This document shows, piece by piece, positions 7,751-16,946 of a stretch of 64,000 bases of DNA (within the stretch, counting starts at the first letter, position 1; every line of letters starts with the position of its first letter). The notes below the pieces were generated by a model. It was given only the letters and a program-made list of their open reading frames with translations, had not been told where the DNA came from and did no database searches. Both the position numbers and the translations under genes were made by a program. Source of the stretch: Spirochaetaceae bacterium (GTDB lineage Bacteria > Spirochaetota > Spirochaetia > DSM-2461); the NCBI GenBank assembly GCA_965224705.1, contig OZ245056.1, positions 2,112,001 to 2,176,000 on the forward strand, in the 5' to 3' direction.

Positions 7751-8272
7751 CTAATCTCCTCCTTCTTTTCCTTTAATGAACGCAACCCAGATTGTCGTGC
7801 GTGTCGTCTTATGGCCGAACAAAGGGGATTCAGGGGTCAGTTTCAGGATCTGTGACACGGGAATTTCCTTTGTGGACCATTTTAGAATTAACACACCGTA
7901 TGGTTTTAAGACGCGGAAACACTCGGCAAAGCCGCGTGTCAGAACAGTGCGCCAGTTATCGCCCAGAGTGCCGTACTTCCTGGCTGTCCAGCCGTTTATT
8001 CCATTTCGGCGGTGATAATGCGGGGGGTCAAACACAACAAGCCGGAAGGTTTCATCTGTGAACGGAAGTTCTGTGAAATCGCCAGCGATATCCGGGTCGA
8101 TTAACAGTTCGCGAAAGCCGTCTTTGCTGCTCCTGTCCTTGAGGGTGCATCGCTCTCTCCGCTTATCCAGGAAGATTGCCCTTTCATCTGTTTTGTTGAA
8201 CCAGAACATTCTTGATCCGCAGCAGGTATCGAGTACTGGCGGAAGAACGCTGGGCAATCTGTCCTTTTTCAT
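7751..8272 (-). CDS. Phage-type DNA methyltransferase, copy 2
   Basis: Protein identical to 5134-5655. Confidence 0.85.
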   Translation of the reverse strand: MKKDRLPSVLPPVLDTCCGSRMFWFNKTDERAIFLDKRRERCTLKDRSSKDGFRELLIDPDIAGDFTELPFTDETFRLVVFDPPHYHRRNGINGWTARKYGTLGDNWRTVLTRGFAECFRVLKPYGVLILKWSTKEIPVSQILKLTPESPLFGHKTTRTTIWVAFIKGKEGGD

Positions 8273-8334
8273 ACTTTCCCTATCCCTTTCATGCCGATAT
8301 AATAGGCATAACCTCTATTAGAGGGCGTGTAATC

Positions 8335-8375
8335 AATATAAAAGCATTTGCTTTAATTGTCAACGCTTTTGCTTT
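8335..8375 (-). promoter_or_regulatory. Leftward promoter (TTGACA-17-TATATT) with two palindromic operators, type 2
   Basis: AAAGCATTTGCTTT (8341-8354) and AACGCTTTTGCTTT (8362-8375) flank tgtcaa 8358-8363. Confidence 0.65.
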
Positions 8376-8397
8376 GTTTTTTTCGGAGATCAGTTCT

Positions 8398-9078
8398 TTG
8401 AACGAATATTTATTTAGACTAAAAAAAGTTATGGACGAAAAAAATTTTTCCGAAACAGCATTTGCTCGTGCTATTGGGTCAAGCCAAGGGTCTATCAACT
8501 CCATGTTTAGGCGAGATACAGTTCCCAAAGTTGACTTTTTGAAAGATATAGCGGGCAGATTTACGGTGAACCTGAACTGGCTTTTAACCGGCGAAGGCCC
8601 TATGTATCAGGACGAGCCGGGCTTCCCAAAGCCGCAGAGCATCCAGCATCTCAACGGGCATATAACGGACAACCCTGATGAGGAGGGGGCCTTTGTGGTG
8701 CCGATGCTGGAGCAGTCTGTTTCGGCAGGGAAGGGGAGCCATCTGGAGGATGATGATAACATCGCCGGATATGTTGCCCTGCCGCCGGCCATCACGGCTC
8801 ATGGAGCTGCACTGGCGGCTCTCCCTGTTCGGGGTGATTCAATGTATCCGACAATTGATAATGGTGATATGGTGGTATGCGACGGGGGCGGTTATGATGG
8901 GGAAGGTATCTACGTCCTTCGCATGGATGGGGAAGCTCTCGTAAAGCGGCTGGCTAAGCGGCCCGGCGGTGTTATGGTTATCTCAGACAACGGCAGCTAC
9001 CCGGATTTCGAGGTGTCCAGGGATACTCCGCTTGATGTTATTGGAAGGATTCGGGCGGTTGTGAAGGTGGTGAAGTGA
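8398..9078 (+). CDS. CI/LexA-like repressor (HTH + S24), allele 2
   Basis: C-terminal part identical to allele 1; HTH divergent (SSQGSINSMFRRDTVPKVD vs SHQATINAMFQRGTNPRSD). Confidence 0.9.
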   Translation: MNEYLFRLKKVMDEKNFSETAFARAIGSSQGSINSMFRRDTVPKVDFLKDIAGRFTVNLNWLLTGEGPMYQDEPGFPKPQSIQHLNGHITDNPDEEGAFVVPMLEQSVSAGKGSHLEDDDNIAGYVALPPAITAHGAALAALPVRGDSMYPTIDNGDMVVCDGGGYDGEGIYVLRMDGEALVKRLAKRPGGVMVISDNGSYPDFEVSRDTPLDVIGRIRAVVKVVK

Positions 9079-9191
9079 TATGAAATAGAAAAGATTCTGA
9101 GGTGATGGATGAGAGAAAATAGATTGAGCTATAGAATTCTATTGCTGCAGCTCATATAAACAATGGGCAGCTAAGCTGCGAGGAAGGAGAA

Positions 9192-9449
9192 ATGGAAAAA
9201 AGAAATTCGGGAGTAGATCAGGAAATAGTAGAAGAAATCTCAAAATGCAAAACAAGGGAAGCACTACACTCTGTCTTTGAGGTACGCGGCCTTAATGATG
9301 TTAGGGAGAAAAGACTTTATCTCAAGGCCTGCACTGGTGAGATCGCAACATATTATGAAGATGGCTCTGATGATTTGACTGATGATCAACGATACCTTGA
9401 TGATGAGTTTATGTTTCTAGACGGAACCTGGAGAGCACTTTCTCAATGA
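9192..9449 (+). CDS. Hypothetical 85-aa protein, copy 2
   Basis: Identical to 6575-6832. Confidence 0.75.
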   Translation: MEKRNSGVDQEIVEEISKCKTREALHSVFEVRGLNDVREKRLYLKACTGEIATYYEDGSDDLTDDQRYLDDEFMFLDGTWRALSQ

Positions 9450-10015
9450 GTTATGATAAGATACGTAAATCTATCAATGAAATTATAGCTGGTAAACATA
9501 GTGGCAAAGATCTTTCAGCGGATCAGATCAAGAACTTCATTAATGCATTTAAATCACTACTCGCTCCAGCATTAAAAGATTCAATATTTGCACACTATAA
9601 ACATGCCATAGAATATCTCGTTCGGGAACATGAACAAACTCAAAGACCTATTTTGTATACAGAAGGACACATCCCATCTTCTAAGAGAGCTATTGCCAAA
9701 TATTTGCGAGGCGGATATGTAATAGCGACAAGTAAGGATTTAGATGTCAGAGAAAGACGTATTCAGCTTGGCCATGAACTGGGGCACATTCTTATAAATA
9801 ATATCAACAACACCATCTACAAGACTGAAAATCTTTCTGGTTTTCCTGACAATAAATCAAGAGAATTCATGGCAAGTCTTATAAGTTTGTCAATGCATAT
9901 AACCCAGAGTGACTTTTACAAAGGAGAAACGTGTAAGAAATATCAGTATGATGAAACTCAACTATCAGAGCTTGCTGAGGAAATTATAGGTCTGGCCAGA
10001 TCGGTTTTGAAGTGA
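9446..10015 (+). CDS. ImmA/IrrE-like metallopeptidase, copy 2
   Basis: Identical to 6829-7398. Confidence 0.75.
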   Translation: MSYDKIRKSINEIIAGKHSGKDLSADQIKNFINAFKSLLAPALKDSIFAHYKHAIEYLVREHEQTQRPILYTEGHIPSSKRAIAKYLRGGYVIATSKDLDVRERRIQLGHELGHILINNINNTIYKTENLSGFPDNKSREFMASLISLSMHITQSDFYKGETCKKYQYDETQLSELAEEIIGLARSVLK

Positions 10016-10053
10016 GTAAATCAGGATTCTCGTTTCTCTCTATTGCTTACTCC

Positions 10054-10365
10054 TTAGAAAATCCCGCCTGAGACTTAAATGGCTCAGACGGGGCGGAAAT
10101 TTCATTTTGAGACGGCCATCTCTAACTCTTTGTCCTCATAACTATTTTTATACCCCCGCCATTTAGGGGGTTTCAGGGCTATTCCATTTTTTTCATACCT
10201 CGGTCGCGTGCCTTGACTCTCGGGACCGCATTTACACTGTCTCCTACTCACGCCTTTCCCGGCACCCATACCCGTCGCGCGTCCGTGTATGCTCCGGTCA
10301 TCGGGCTTTCTATCAGACAGGGGTTAACAGACAGCCTTAAAGGTGTCTGTTTTTCTTGCTTCTCC
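10054..10365 (-). ncRNA. Putative structured RNA motif, copy C (diverged)
   Basis: Same stem architecture as copy A, with covarying pairs and indels. Confidence 0.6.
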
Positions 10366-10484
10366 AACTTCCTCTATGCCGATATAATGGATATAGACTA
10401 TGCTGGAAGAACATGTAAGTAAGTTAACTCAATATCGGGGATTTGTCAACCCGGTTCTTTATTTTTTTTCGGGAATCAATCCCT

Positions 10485-10693
10485 TTGAGCGAATATGTAT
10501 TTAGATTAAAACAAATTATAAACGGAAAATCAGTGGGCAACATCCGCATGGGTAGGGAAGCTTTCATAAAGCGGCCTGACGAAGTCATAGTATTTTCGAT
10601 AATATCAGGTATCCGACCGACGAAGTATCCAAGGAAGTCCCTCTTGATGTCGTTGGCCGGGTCAGGGCGGTTGTGAAGGTGATGAAGGGGTAA
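10485..10693 (+). pseudogene. Internally deleted third repressor
   Basis: N-terminus LSEYVFRLKQII joined to S24 C-terminal remnants (RMGREAFIKR; after a frameshift, PLDVVGRVRAVVKVMK). Confidence 0.8.
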
Positions 10694-10769
10694 AAGTAAA
10701 AGTGATTAAGAATTTTGTTCATTCGATGAGCTATAATGAGTTGCATAAATCTATCAAAGAGGAAGAATT

Positions 10770-11213
10770 ATGAATACTATTGGTATCGGTAAAGTTGTAG
10801 TGGATAATACCAAACCTGGTTGGAATTATCCCCATTTTCATGTAATTCTTTTCAAGGAGAACGGAGATAACTCTTTTTACGCATATTGTATGGAACTCGG
10901 CATTGATGCTTTTTCGGAAGACTCTGCAAAAGCAGCCTTTTCTGAAATTGCGGCCAATGTATTAGATGACATCAACCAGTATGCCAATGAAGATTCTCTC
11001 TTCAAATGTCTCCTGGATATCGCCCGGAGTGATCATAATGATGTTTTCTGGAAAGAGTATCGGATTGCAGAAACAGAGCTTGCACAATATGGCGAAGACC
11101 TTGGAATTCATTTTGAAAGGAACGGCAGGGCAGCCGTGACTAATCAGGGTTTCCTAAGTATTAAACCAACTCCTCCGCCAATTGAGCAACAGCATGACGC
11201 TGCTCATCAGTGA
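10770..11213 (+). CDS. Hypothetical protein, HicB-like N-terminal fold
   Basis: VILFKENGDNSFYAYCMELGIDAFS pattern; own TATAAT and GAGG RBS. Confidence 0.5.
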   Translation: MNTIGIGKVVVDNTKPGWNYPHFHVILFKENGDNSFYAYCMELGIDAFSEDSAKAAFSEIAANVLDDINQYANEDSLFKCLLDIARSDHNDVFWKEYRIAETELAQYGEDLGIHFERNGRAAVTNQGFLSIKPTPPPIEQQHDAAHQ

Positions 11214-12393
11214 TCGCTGTATAATGCTCTGTCATATCCACTGACGAATGCCCTGTGAGTCTACGCAGCGCGTGATCAGCCACTCGGCCTCTCAGCATTG
11301 AATTATACCAATGCCGCCAGGCGTGAAAAGAAAGTCCTCGTTTTTTTATTTCATCAGGGGCTATGCCGACTGTTTCAAGCATGTGTTTATAGGTATTCGA
11401 GATACTGCGTTTCCCAATTGGCTTGTCAGGCGACGAACCCCAGAAGACGAAGTCTCCCCGCCATGGATTCACTGAGGCCAGCTGGTGTAAGGCTTCAACC
11501 GTTCTCGACGGAACGGGGACAATTCTGGGCTTGTTCCCCTTGGGAAGTTTCAGGCCCTCCCCATCCTGCCAGTTGCGCTTTACATCTATCCAGTCATCAT
11601 GAACACAATCAACTTTCAATCCTCGGCATTCGCCGAGTCTCATTCCTGTTGTCGCGGCCAGGAGGTTTATCGCCTTCTGCCGGGGATCGGTCCATTCCTG
11701 CCCAAAAAATGCACGGACTTCCTCCGGGCGAAGTATCACCCTCTCCCGTCTAGTTACGGGAAGCCGTTTAATTCTCTTGGCGGGATTAACCGATATCAGC
11801 CCCAGCCTCTCCGCCTCATTTAAGGGTACAGTCACTGCCTGCATAATCGCGTTGACACGTCTGTTGGAGATCCCCAGGGTTGAGAGCCAATGGATTATTT
11901 CTTCCATTAGCATAGCGTTTACTTTCCGCAGCCGCAGCGATTCCAACTTCCTAGAACCAAGCCAGTCTACCACTTTGTGAACAGCGCTCCTATTTGCTTT
12001 TATATAGACAGCCGACATCGGCCGTCCCATGGAATGCCTGTTTTTGAGATGGTGCCCATCATCTGACCAGAAGCCGATAAGGTAATTGGAGAAAAGAGGA
12101 TTTTCATTTCCGGTATTGATTCCAAAGCGCTTATACCATTGTGCTGCAATGGCATCGGCTCCCGCCTTGCTTGCCGGCGAGAGATGCTCCGCGTCACGGC
12201 CCAGCTCATTGCGCATTGACCCCGCAGATCGCCAGCAGGAATAATCCTGTTTGGCCGCATCCCAGAAAGCCGCGTAATAGTTTTTGAAGCCCTTCCGCCT
12301 GTACAGTATAAAAGCTTTACGCATCATGAGAACTATAAGCTTGATAGAAAAGCTAGTCAATAAACTAGTCAATATGAAAGCCATAGATTTCAT
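11161..12393 (-). CDS. int: Tyrosine recombinase / phage integrase (start may be 12327)
   Basis: TGMRLGE, FHAWRH, LTGH and TEHY catalytic motifs intact. Confidence 0.92.
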   Translation of the reverse strand: MKSMAFILTSLLTSFSIKLIVLMMRKAFILYRRKGFKNYYAAFWDAAKQDYSCWRSAGSMRNELGRDAEHLSPASKAGADAIAAQWYKRFGINTGNENPLFSNYLIGFWSDDGHHLKNRHSMGRPMSAVYIKANRSAVHKVVDWLGSRKLESLRLRKVNAMLMEEIIHWLSTLGISNRRVNAIMQAVTVPLNEAERLGLISVNPAKRIKRLPVTRRERVILRPEEVRAFFGQEWTDPRQKAINLLAATTGMRLGECRGLKVDCVHDDWIDVKRNWQDGEGLKLPKGNKPRIVPVPSRTVEALHQLASVNPWRGDFVFWGSSPDKPIGKRSISNTYKHMLETVGIAPDEIKKRGLSFHAWRHWYNSMLRGRVADHALRRLTGHSSVDMTEHYTAITDEQRHAVAQLAEELV

Positions 12394-12442
12394 TGTGGTG
12401 TGTAGTTGTGATTAATTTCTTATTCCACAATGGGTTAAGGTA

Positions 12443-12526
12443 TGCCTGGAAGAGGACTCGAACCTCCACGAGCTTGCGCTCACTAGTCCCTGAAACTAGC
12501 GTGTCTACCAATTTCACCATCCAGGC
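12443..12526 (-). tRNA. tRNA-Leu(CAG)
   Basis: GCCTGGA acceptor stem, CTAGT-TTCAGGG-ACTAG anticodon arm, long variable arm, GTTCGAG T-loop. Confidence 0.95.
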
Positions 12527-12778
12527 AGGATGTGTATAGGCGAGAGTACCTTCTAGGTGGATGTATGTCAATTACTGCACAGGGTTTTCATGCAATCTTC
12601 TTTGTGATGGATTTCTGATCCCTCCCTGCTTATTCGTACTTTTAGGATTTCTCCATCCTTTTCCTCCCCCACCCACACATTCTGACAGGAGCCTGTAAAA
12701 TAACGGATACTCAATTTCTACCGGATCAGATGTCAGCTTTCAGATTCCGGTGCATTTTCTTGTGACCGCTATTCTAAG

Positions 12779-13064
12779 GAGTCTGTCGGACTTCCGCCTC
12801 ATGGCTCGATTTTTGCCCTTCTCTCCAGAAGCAAGCCTCCTGCTTGCTTCTGGAGAGCCGCCTTCGTTCGTTTTCGCCGCCATCCGTGGCGGCTTTTCCT
12901 CGCTATCGCTCGGCACTCTCTCAGGATGCGAGTCCATAGACTCGCATCCCCTGTTGCTGCGTTGCCAAAATACTCACGTAGCCCAGCTACGCTCCGTTTT
13001 TGTCGCCTTGCATCAGGAAAAAATCATCAAAAATCGCCTCGAAGCCTTAAAGTCCGACAGACTC
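12779..13064. mobile_element. MITE family 1, long copy (286 bp) with internal hairpin insert
   Basis: TIR GAGTCTGTCGGACTT / AAGTCCGACAGACTC flanked by a CTAAG direct repeat. Confidence 0.85.
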
Positions 13065-13302
13065 CTAAGGAGGCAGGGATCAGCATTGCTTTCTCTGCTG
13101 ACCTTTTCTTGCTCGAATCACAAATTCTTCCTTCATGTCCAGAGTATTTTCTCCTGCCATGTCACCGCAATCACCTCCACAGTGTTACCGTGTTCGGAAC
13201 CAGGACGAAGGTTTCAGAGGCATATTCCCGGGTTTCTAAAAGATGAGTAGTTGGCTGTTGAAAAGTATATTGATAGAATAAGGTTGAATCAAAGGAGAAA
13301 AA

Positions 13303-14115
13303 ATGAACAATCATTTCACAAGTATTATAGTATCTGTATTCATTTTGTTGACGTCATGCAAGTCTTCTCCTGTCCGTGTTGAGGATCTGGGCAGTTACAA
13401 TCCAGATAGAGTTTTTGAAATGGAACTCTCCGTATTAAACATTGACACCAATCTGGATTTGAAAAAAATTGATAACTATGAAGGAAACTGGGGCTTTTAC
13501 AGGAATGAAGAATCAATTAAGAAATTAAGAATTGCTCCTGGAATATACAGATTTGAAGTTTTGACCAGACTTGAGTCATCAATGCTGGATATCAATATCA
13601 GCATTGTGGTCAAAATAGAAAATGAAAAACACTACCGAATGATGAGCCGACAACAATCTATGATGATAAGTGTTGATGTTGTTGATGTTTATACGAATGA
13701 AAGCGTTGTTCTTGATCTGAAATCAATGCGGCAGGACCGTGATGATGCCCATGCCGTTTATTACAATTATGCGGTATATCCTACTGAAGACAAATTGGGC
13801 TATACAATTGAACTTGAAAACGAGGATTCGGTCATTGCATTCAAACCCGACATGGTTTTTACCATGAGCAGCAAGAATTCAAGTGAAAGCATTTCGGGAA
13901 GATTTCTATTCAAATCCGGAAAAGTATATCTCTATGAAACCGATTTGAATTCTTTCAGCAATGAGGATTTCAAGAACAGCAATCATGCAGGAATCGCTCA
14001 GATAATCTATGAACCAGTATTATGTAATGGAGAATCAGTACGATTGAAGTATGAGAAGCCAATGGAAAAAAGGGACAGCGAGGAAGATTTTTTTATTGTA
14101 GAGATTGTTGATTGA
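13303..14115 (+). CDS. Putative lipoprotein
   Basis: AAGGAG RBS, hydrophobic signal with LLTSC lipobox. Confidence 0.7.
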   Translation: MNNHFTSIIVSVFILLTSCKSSPVRVEDLGSYNPDRVFEMELSVLNIDTNLDLKKIDNYEGNWGFYRNEESIKKLRIAPGIYRFEVLTRLESSMLDINISIVVKIENEKHYRMMSRQQSMMISVDVVDVYTNESVVLDLKSMRQDRDDAHAVYYNYAVYPTEDKLGYTIELENEDSVIAFKPDMVFTMSSKNSSESISGRFLFKSGKVYLYETDLNSFSNEDFKNSNHAGIAQIIYEPVLCNGESVRLKYEKPMEKRDSEEDFFIVEIVD

Positions 14116-14221
14116 TTATCTGCAGGTCAATTAGAGGTGGTAAGCTTGATGGGTTCACCTTCCCGCTGGCATCCCATCCACTTCCAGTATTTCTCAATGC
14201 TTTTGACAAATTCTCCTCTGA

Positions 14222-15301
14222 CTAAGTTGATTTTTCAATAACCCTCATACCATTGATGTTCACATCAAAGGAGAGAACTTCTCCAATACGGGGGGGCTCT
14301 GTATCAGACCAGTGTGCTGTCAGCAAATCAGTTTCCATAGAATTCGCAGGCTTCAATTCAAGCCTCCAGCCTGAACTTGTAAACTCCAGATGAACAAGCT
14401 TCCCTTTGAGGATGCCATTTTTTTTGCTGATCAATGAGTCGGGTCGGATAATCAGTATTGCCGGGAGGGATACTTTATTCTGAGTTTTCGGCAGAGGTAT
14501 TTCTCCAGCAGATGTCAGGGCAGTTGAATTTCCGTCGGGGGTTTTTATGATTTTTTGAATGACCAGCCATGTTTTTTTTCCAAGAAATGAAGCTGTGAAT
14601 GGATCCAGGGGATTGAACCATACTTCGGATGGCAAACCACTGCGAGTGATGCGTCCTTCATTCATGACGGCCAGGTAGTCTGCCATGGTGAGAGCCTCTT
14701 CCTGGTCGTGAGTAACAAGAAGAGCTGTTACGCTGGTGGAGTTGATGATCCGGCGGACCTCACGGCACATTTTCAGTCTGAGTGATGCATCCAGGGAACT
14801 GAAAGGTTCGTCAAGGAGAAGAATCTCCGGATCGCTTGCCAGGGCTCTGGCCAGAGCCACTCTCTGACTTTCTCCTCCTGAGAGGTCATCCGGCCGCCGT
14901 CCGGCCAAATTCTCCATCTCCACAAGAGTGAGTTTTTCGTGGGCAATGCGGAGGGATTCTTTGCGGTTGAAGCCTCTCATTCTGGGGCCGAAAGCGGCAT
15001 TTTCAACTACGGAAAGGTGGGGGAATAATGCATGATCCTGGAACACAAAACCGATACGGCGTTTCTCCGGGGGCAGGGGCGTTATATCAAGTTCGCCCTG
15101 CAGGATTCGGCCTGAGTCAGGACTGAGAAAACCGGCACACACATCCAGGAGGGTTGTTTTTCCGCCGCCGCTGGGACCAAGGATTACCGAGAGTTTACCT
15201 CTGGGCAGGCTGAGGTCTACATCAAGGTGAAAATCTCTCCGCGTGTATTTTATCTTATCAAAAATGATGGGCTGCAGGCTAAAACTCCTCATATTGGTCA
15301 A
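14222..15301 (-). CDS. thiQ: Thiamine ABC transporter ATP-binding subunit
   Basis: GPSGGGKT, LSGGE, LLLDEP; in operon under a TPP riboswitch. Confidence 0.8.
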   Translation of the reverse strand: MTNMRSFSLQPIIFDKIKYTRRDFHLDVDLSLPRGKLSVILGPSGGGKTTLLDVCAGFLSPDSGRILQGELDITPLPPEKRRIGFVFQDHALFPHLSVVENAAFGPRMRGFNRKESLRIAHEKLTLVEMENLAGRRPDDLSGGESQRVALARALASDPEILLLDEPFSSLDASLRLKMCREVRRIINSTSVTALLVTHDQEEALTMADYLAVMNEGRITRSGLPSEVWFNPLDPFTASFLGKKTWLVIQKIIKTPDGNSTALTSAGEIPLPKTQNKVSLPAILIIRPDSLISKKNGILKGKLVHLEFTSSGWRLELKPANSMETDLLTAHWSDTEPPRIGEVLSFDVNINGMRVIEKST

Positions 15302-16946
15302 AGAAGAAGAAGGCTATTGTGCAGATGGTGATGAGGATTGTGCCAAGGACACAGGCTCTATGGATATCGTAGGCTCCAATGAGGCGGTATATGGCAAGGG
15401 GTATGGTTGTGAAATCTCCCGGTGCCAGTATTATGGTTGAATTGAGCTCCCCGGCCGACAGGGCAAAGGAGAATACTCCGCATGTAATCAACGCATTTCG
15501 TGTCATGGGCAGTTCAATGTGAAACAGGGATTGTAATGCGTTTGCTCCAGAGATTCGGGCGGCCTGTGGAACCCGGGTCGAAATCTGTTTTAATCGGCCG
15601 GCAATGATTCGGTAACAAAATGGTAGAACGATGAGACTGTGGGCTGTGATAAGGGAAATCAGCCTTATTCCATTGGCGGGAGGTATTATTTGCAGGAATA
15701 ACAGCCAGCCAAGTCCGAGAATAATGGAACTGACTCCAAGGGGGAGGGCCATGACGGTTTCAATGATTCTCCTCCAGTGGAGGTGTCTTACTGAGTACCA
15801 GCCCAATGATGAAGCTGTAAGGGTGGAGGTAATTGAAACACATGAGGCCAGCAGTACAGTTCTTAATACAGCTTTCAATGATATGCTTCCATCGGCATTC
15901 AAAAGTCTAATCCAGTGCATGAGGGAAAAGGCTGCTGGTGAGGTTCTGGTGGCTTTTGTTATGAAGCTGTTGATGATGATTGATATCAGAGGACCCACAA
16001 TCAGAATCATAACGGTCAAAAAATATGCGATGGCAAACCATTTCCCAACTCCGGTGAGTTTGACATGAGGTCTGCGGGAGAAGTTTTGTATCGCATCCCT
16101 TGTTCGGGAACGGTAGCGAAAGTCTATGATGGCATATATGCACAGCATGAAGAACGCATACAGGGATTCCATTGCAGCCAGAACACTGCCCCGGGCAAAG
16201 TTTAACTGGTGCTTGATCAATCTGTATATTTCGATTTCAATGGTGGTCAGTTCCGGGCCTCCTCCAAGGACCAGGACAATTGAAAAACTCATGAAGCAAT
16301 ACAGGAAGGTTAATATGCCTGCCGTTGCAATATCGGGTATGAGGTGAGGCAGATCCACGAGGAAAAATATCCGAAACCGGCTTGCTCCAAGCGACATGGC
16401 CGCTCTTTTCTCCGACAGGGGCAGGGCATTCCAGGCATTTCCAACAATTCTCATCGTCAGGGGTGAGTTGTAAAAAACATGGGCCATGATGATGGCCGGG
16501 AGTGAGTACAGAATTGTCCAGGGAGAAACCTCCCCGCCCAACAGAAGTTGACGAACATGGTTGATCACTCCTCCATTACCAAAAATCAATACAAAACCAA
16601 GAACGACCAGGATGGGCGGCATAACAAAGGGCACTGTTGAAAAGGATTTCAGCAGCAGTCGTCCGGGGAACTCGCATCGGCCAACAAAATACGCCCCCGG
16701 TAAACCAAAGAGGAGTGAGAAAAAAGTGCTGATAAGAGCCTGCCAGACCGTAAAGGCAAAAATACTTCTGTAGTAGGGGGATGTAAAAACTTTGCTGACT
16801 TCACTGCCTGTCCCCATGGAACGGGAAATAACGAGGGTGAGCGGCAGGCCAATCGCCAGAGCAACAAATAATCCAGGTAGAATGATGAGGAAAGAATCTT
16901 TCTCAAGACGACCCAATCTGGTCAACGAGTAAAAACCTCCACCCAT
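15279..16946 (-). CDS. thiP: Thiamine ABC transporter permease
   Basis: Two permease halves, AHVFYN, GGGPELTTIE motif. Confidence 0.85.
   Translation of the reverse strand: MGGGFYSLTRLGRLEKDSFLIILPGLFVALAIGLPLTLVISRSMGTGSEVSKVFTSPYYRSIFAFTVWQALISTFFSLLFGLPGAYFVGRCEFPGRLLLKSFSTVPFVMPPILVVLGFVLIFGNGGVINHVRQLLLGGEVSPWTILYSLPAIIMAHVFYNSPLTMRIVGNAWNALPLSEKRAAMSLGASRFRIFFLVDLPHLIPDIATAGILTFLYCFMSFSIVLVLGGGPELTTIEIEIYRLIKHQLNFARGSVLAAMESLYAFFMLCIYAIIDFRYRSRTRDAIQNFSRRPHVKLTGVGKWFAIAYFLTVMILIVGPLISIIINSFITKATRTSPAAFSLMHWIRLLNADGSISLKAVLRTVLLASCVSITSTLTASSLGWYSVRHLHWRRIIETVMALPLGVSSIILGLGWLLFLQIIPPANGIRLISLITAHSLIVLPFCYRIIAGRLKQISTRVPQAARISGANALQSLFHIELPMTRNALITCGVFSFALSAGELNSTIILAPGDFTTIPLAIYRLIGAYDIHRACVLGTILITICTIAFFFFDQYEEF

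Larger units (their letters stand above)
4915..10209. repeat. Tandem duplication with 2617-bp period (4915-7592 = 7532-10209) except a variable block 5715-5990 / 8332-8607
   Basis: Identical translated ORFs at +2617 offset; DNA compared by eye. Confidence 0.95.
1..12442. mobile_element. Prophage/integrative element (right end only), integrated at the 3' end of tRNA-Leu(CAG)
   Basis: Tyrosine integrase abuts the tRNA 3' end. Contains CI-like repressors, Cro/Xis-like HTHs and a phage recombination module. The distal att site is not in the window. Confidence 0.85.

Noticed and set aside
12740..13250. ORFs over MITE-1 (also 26703-27057)
   Set aside because: They are translations of the repeat element.
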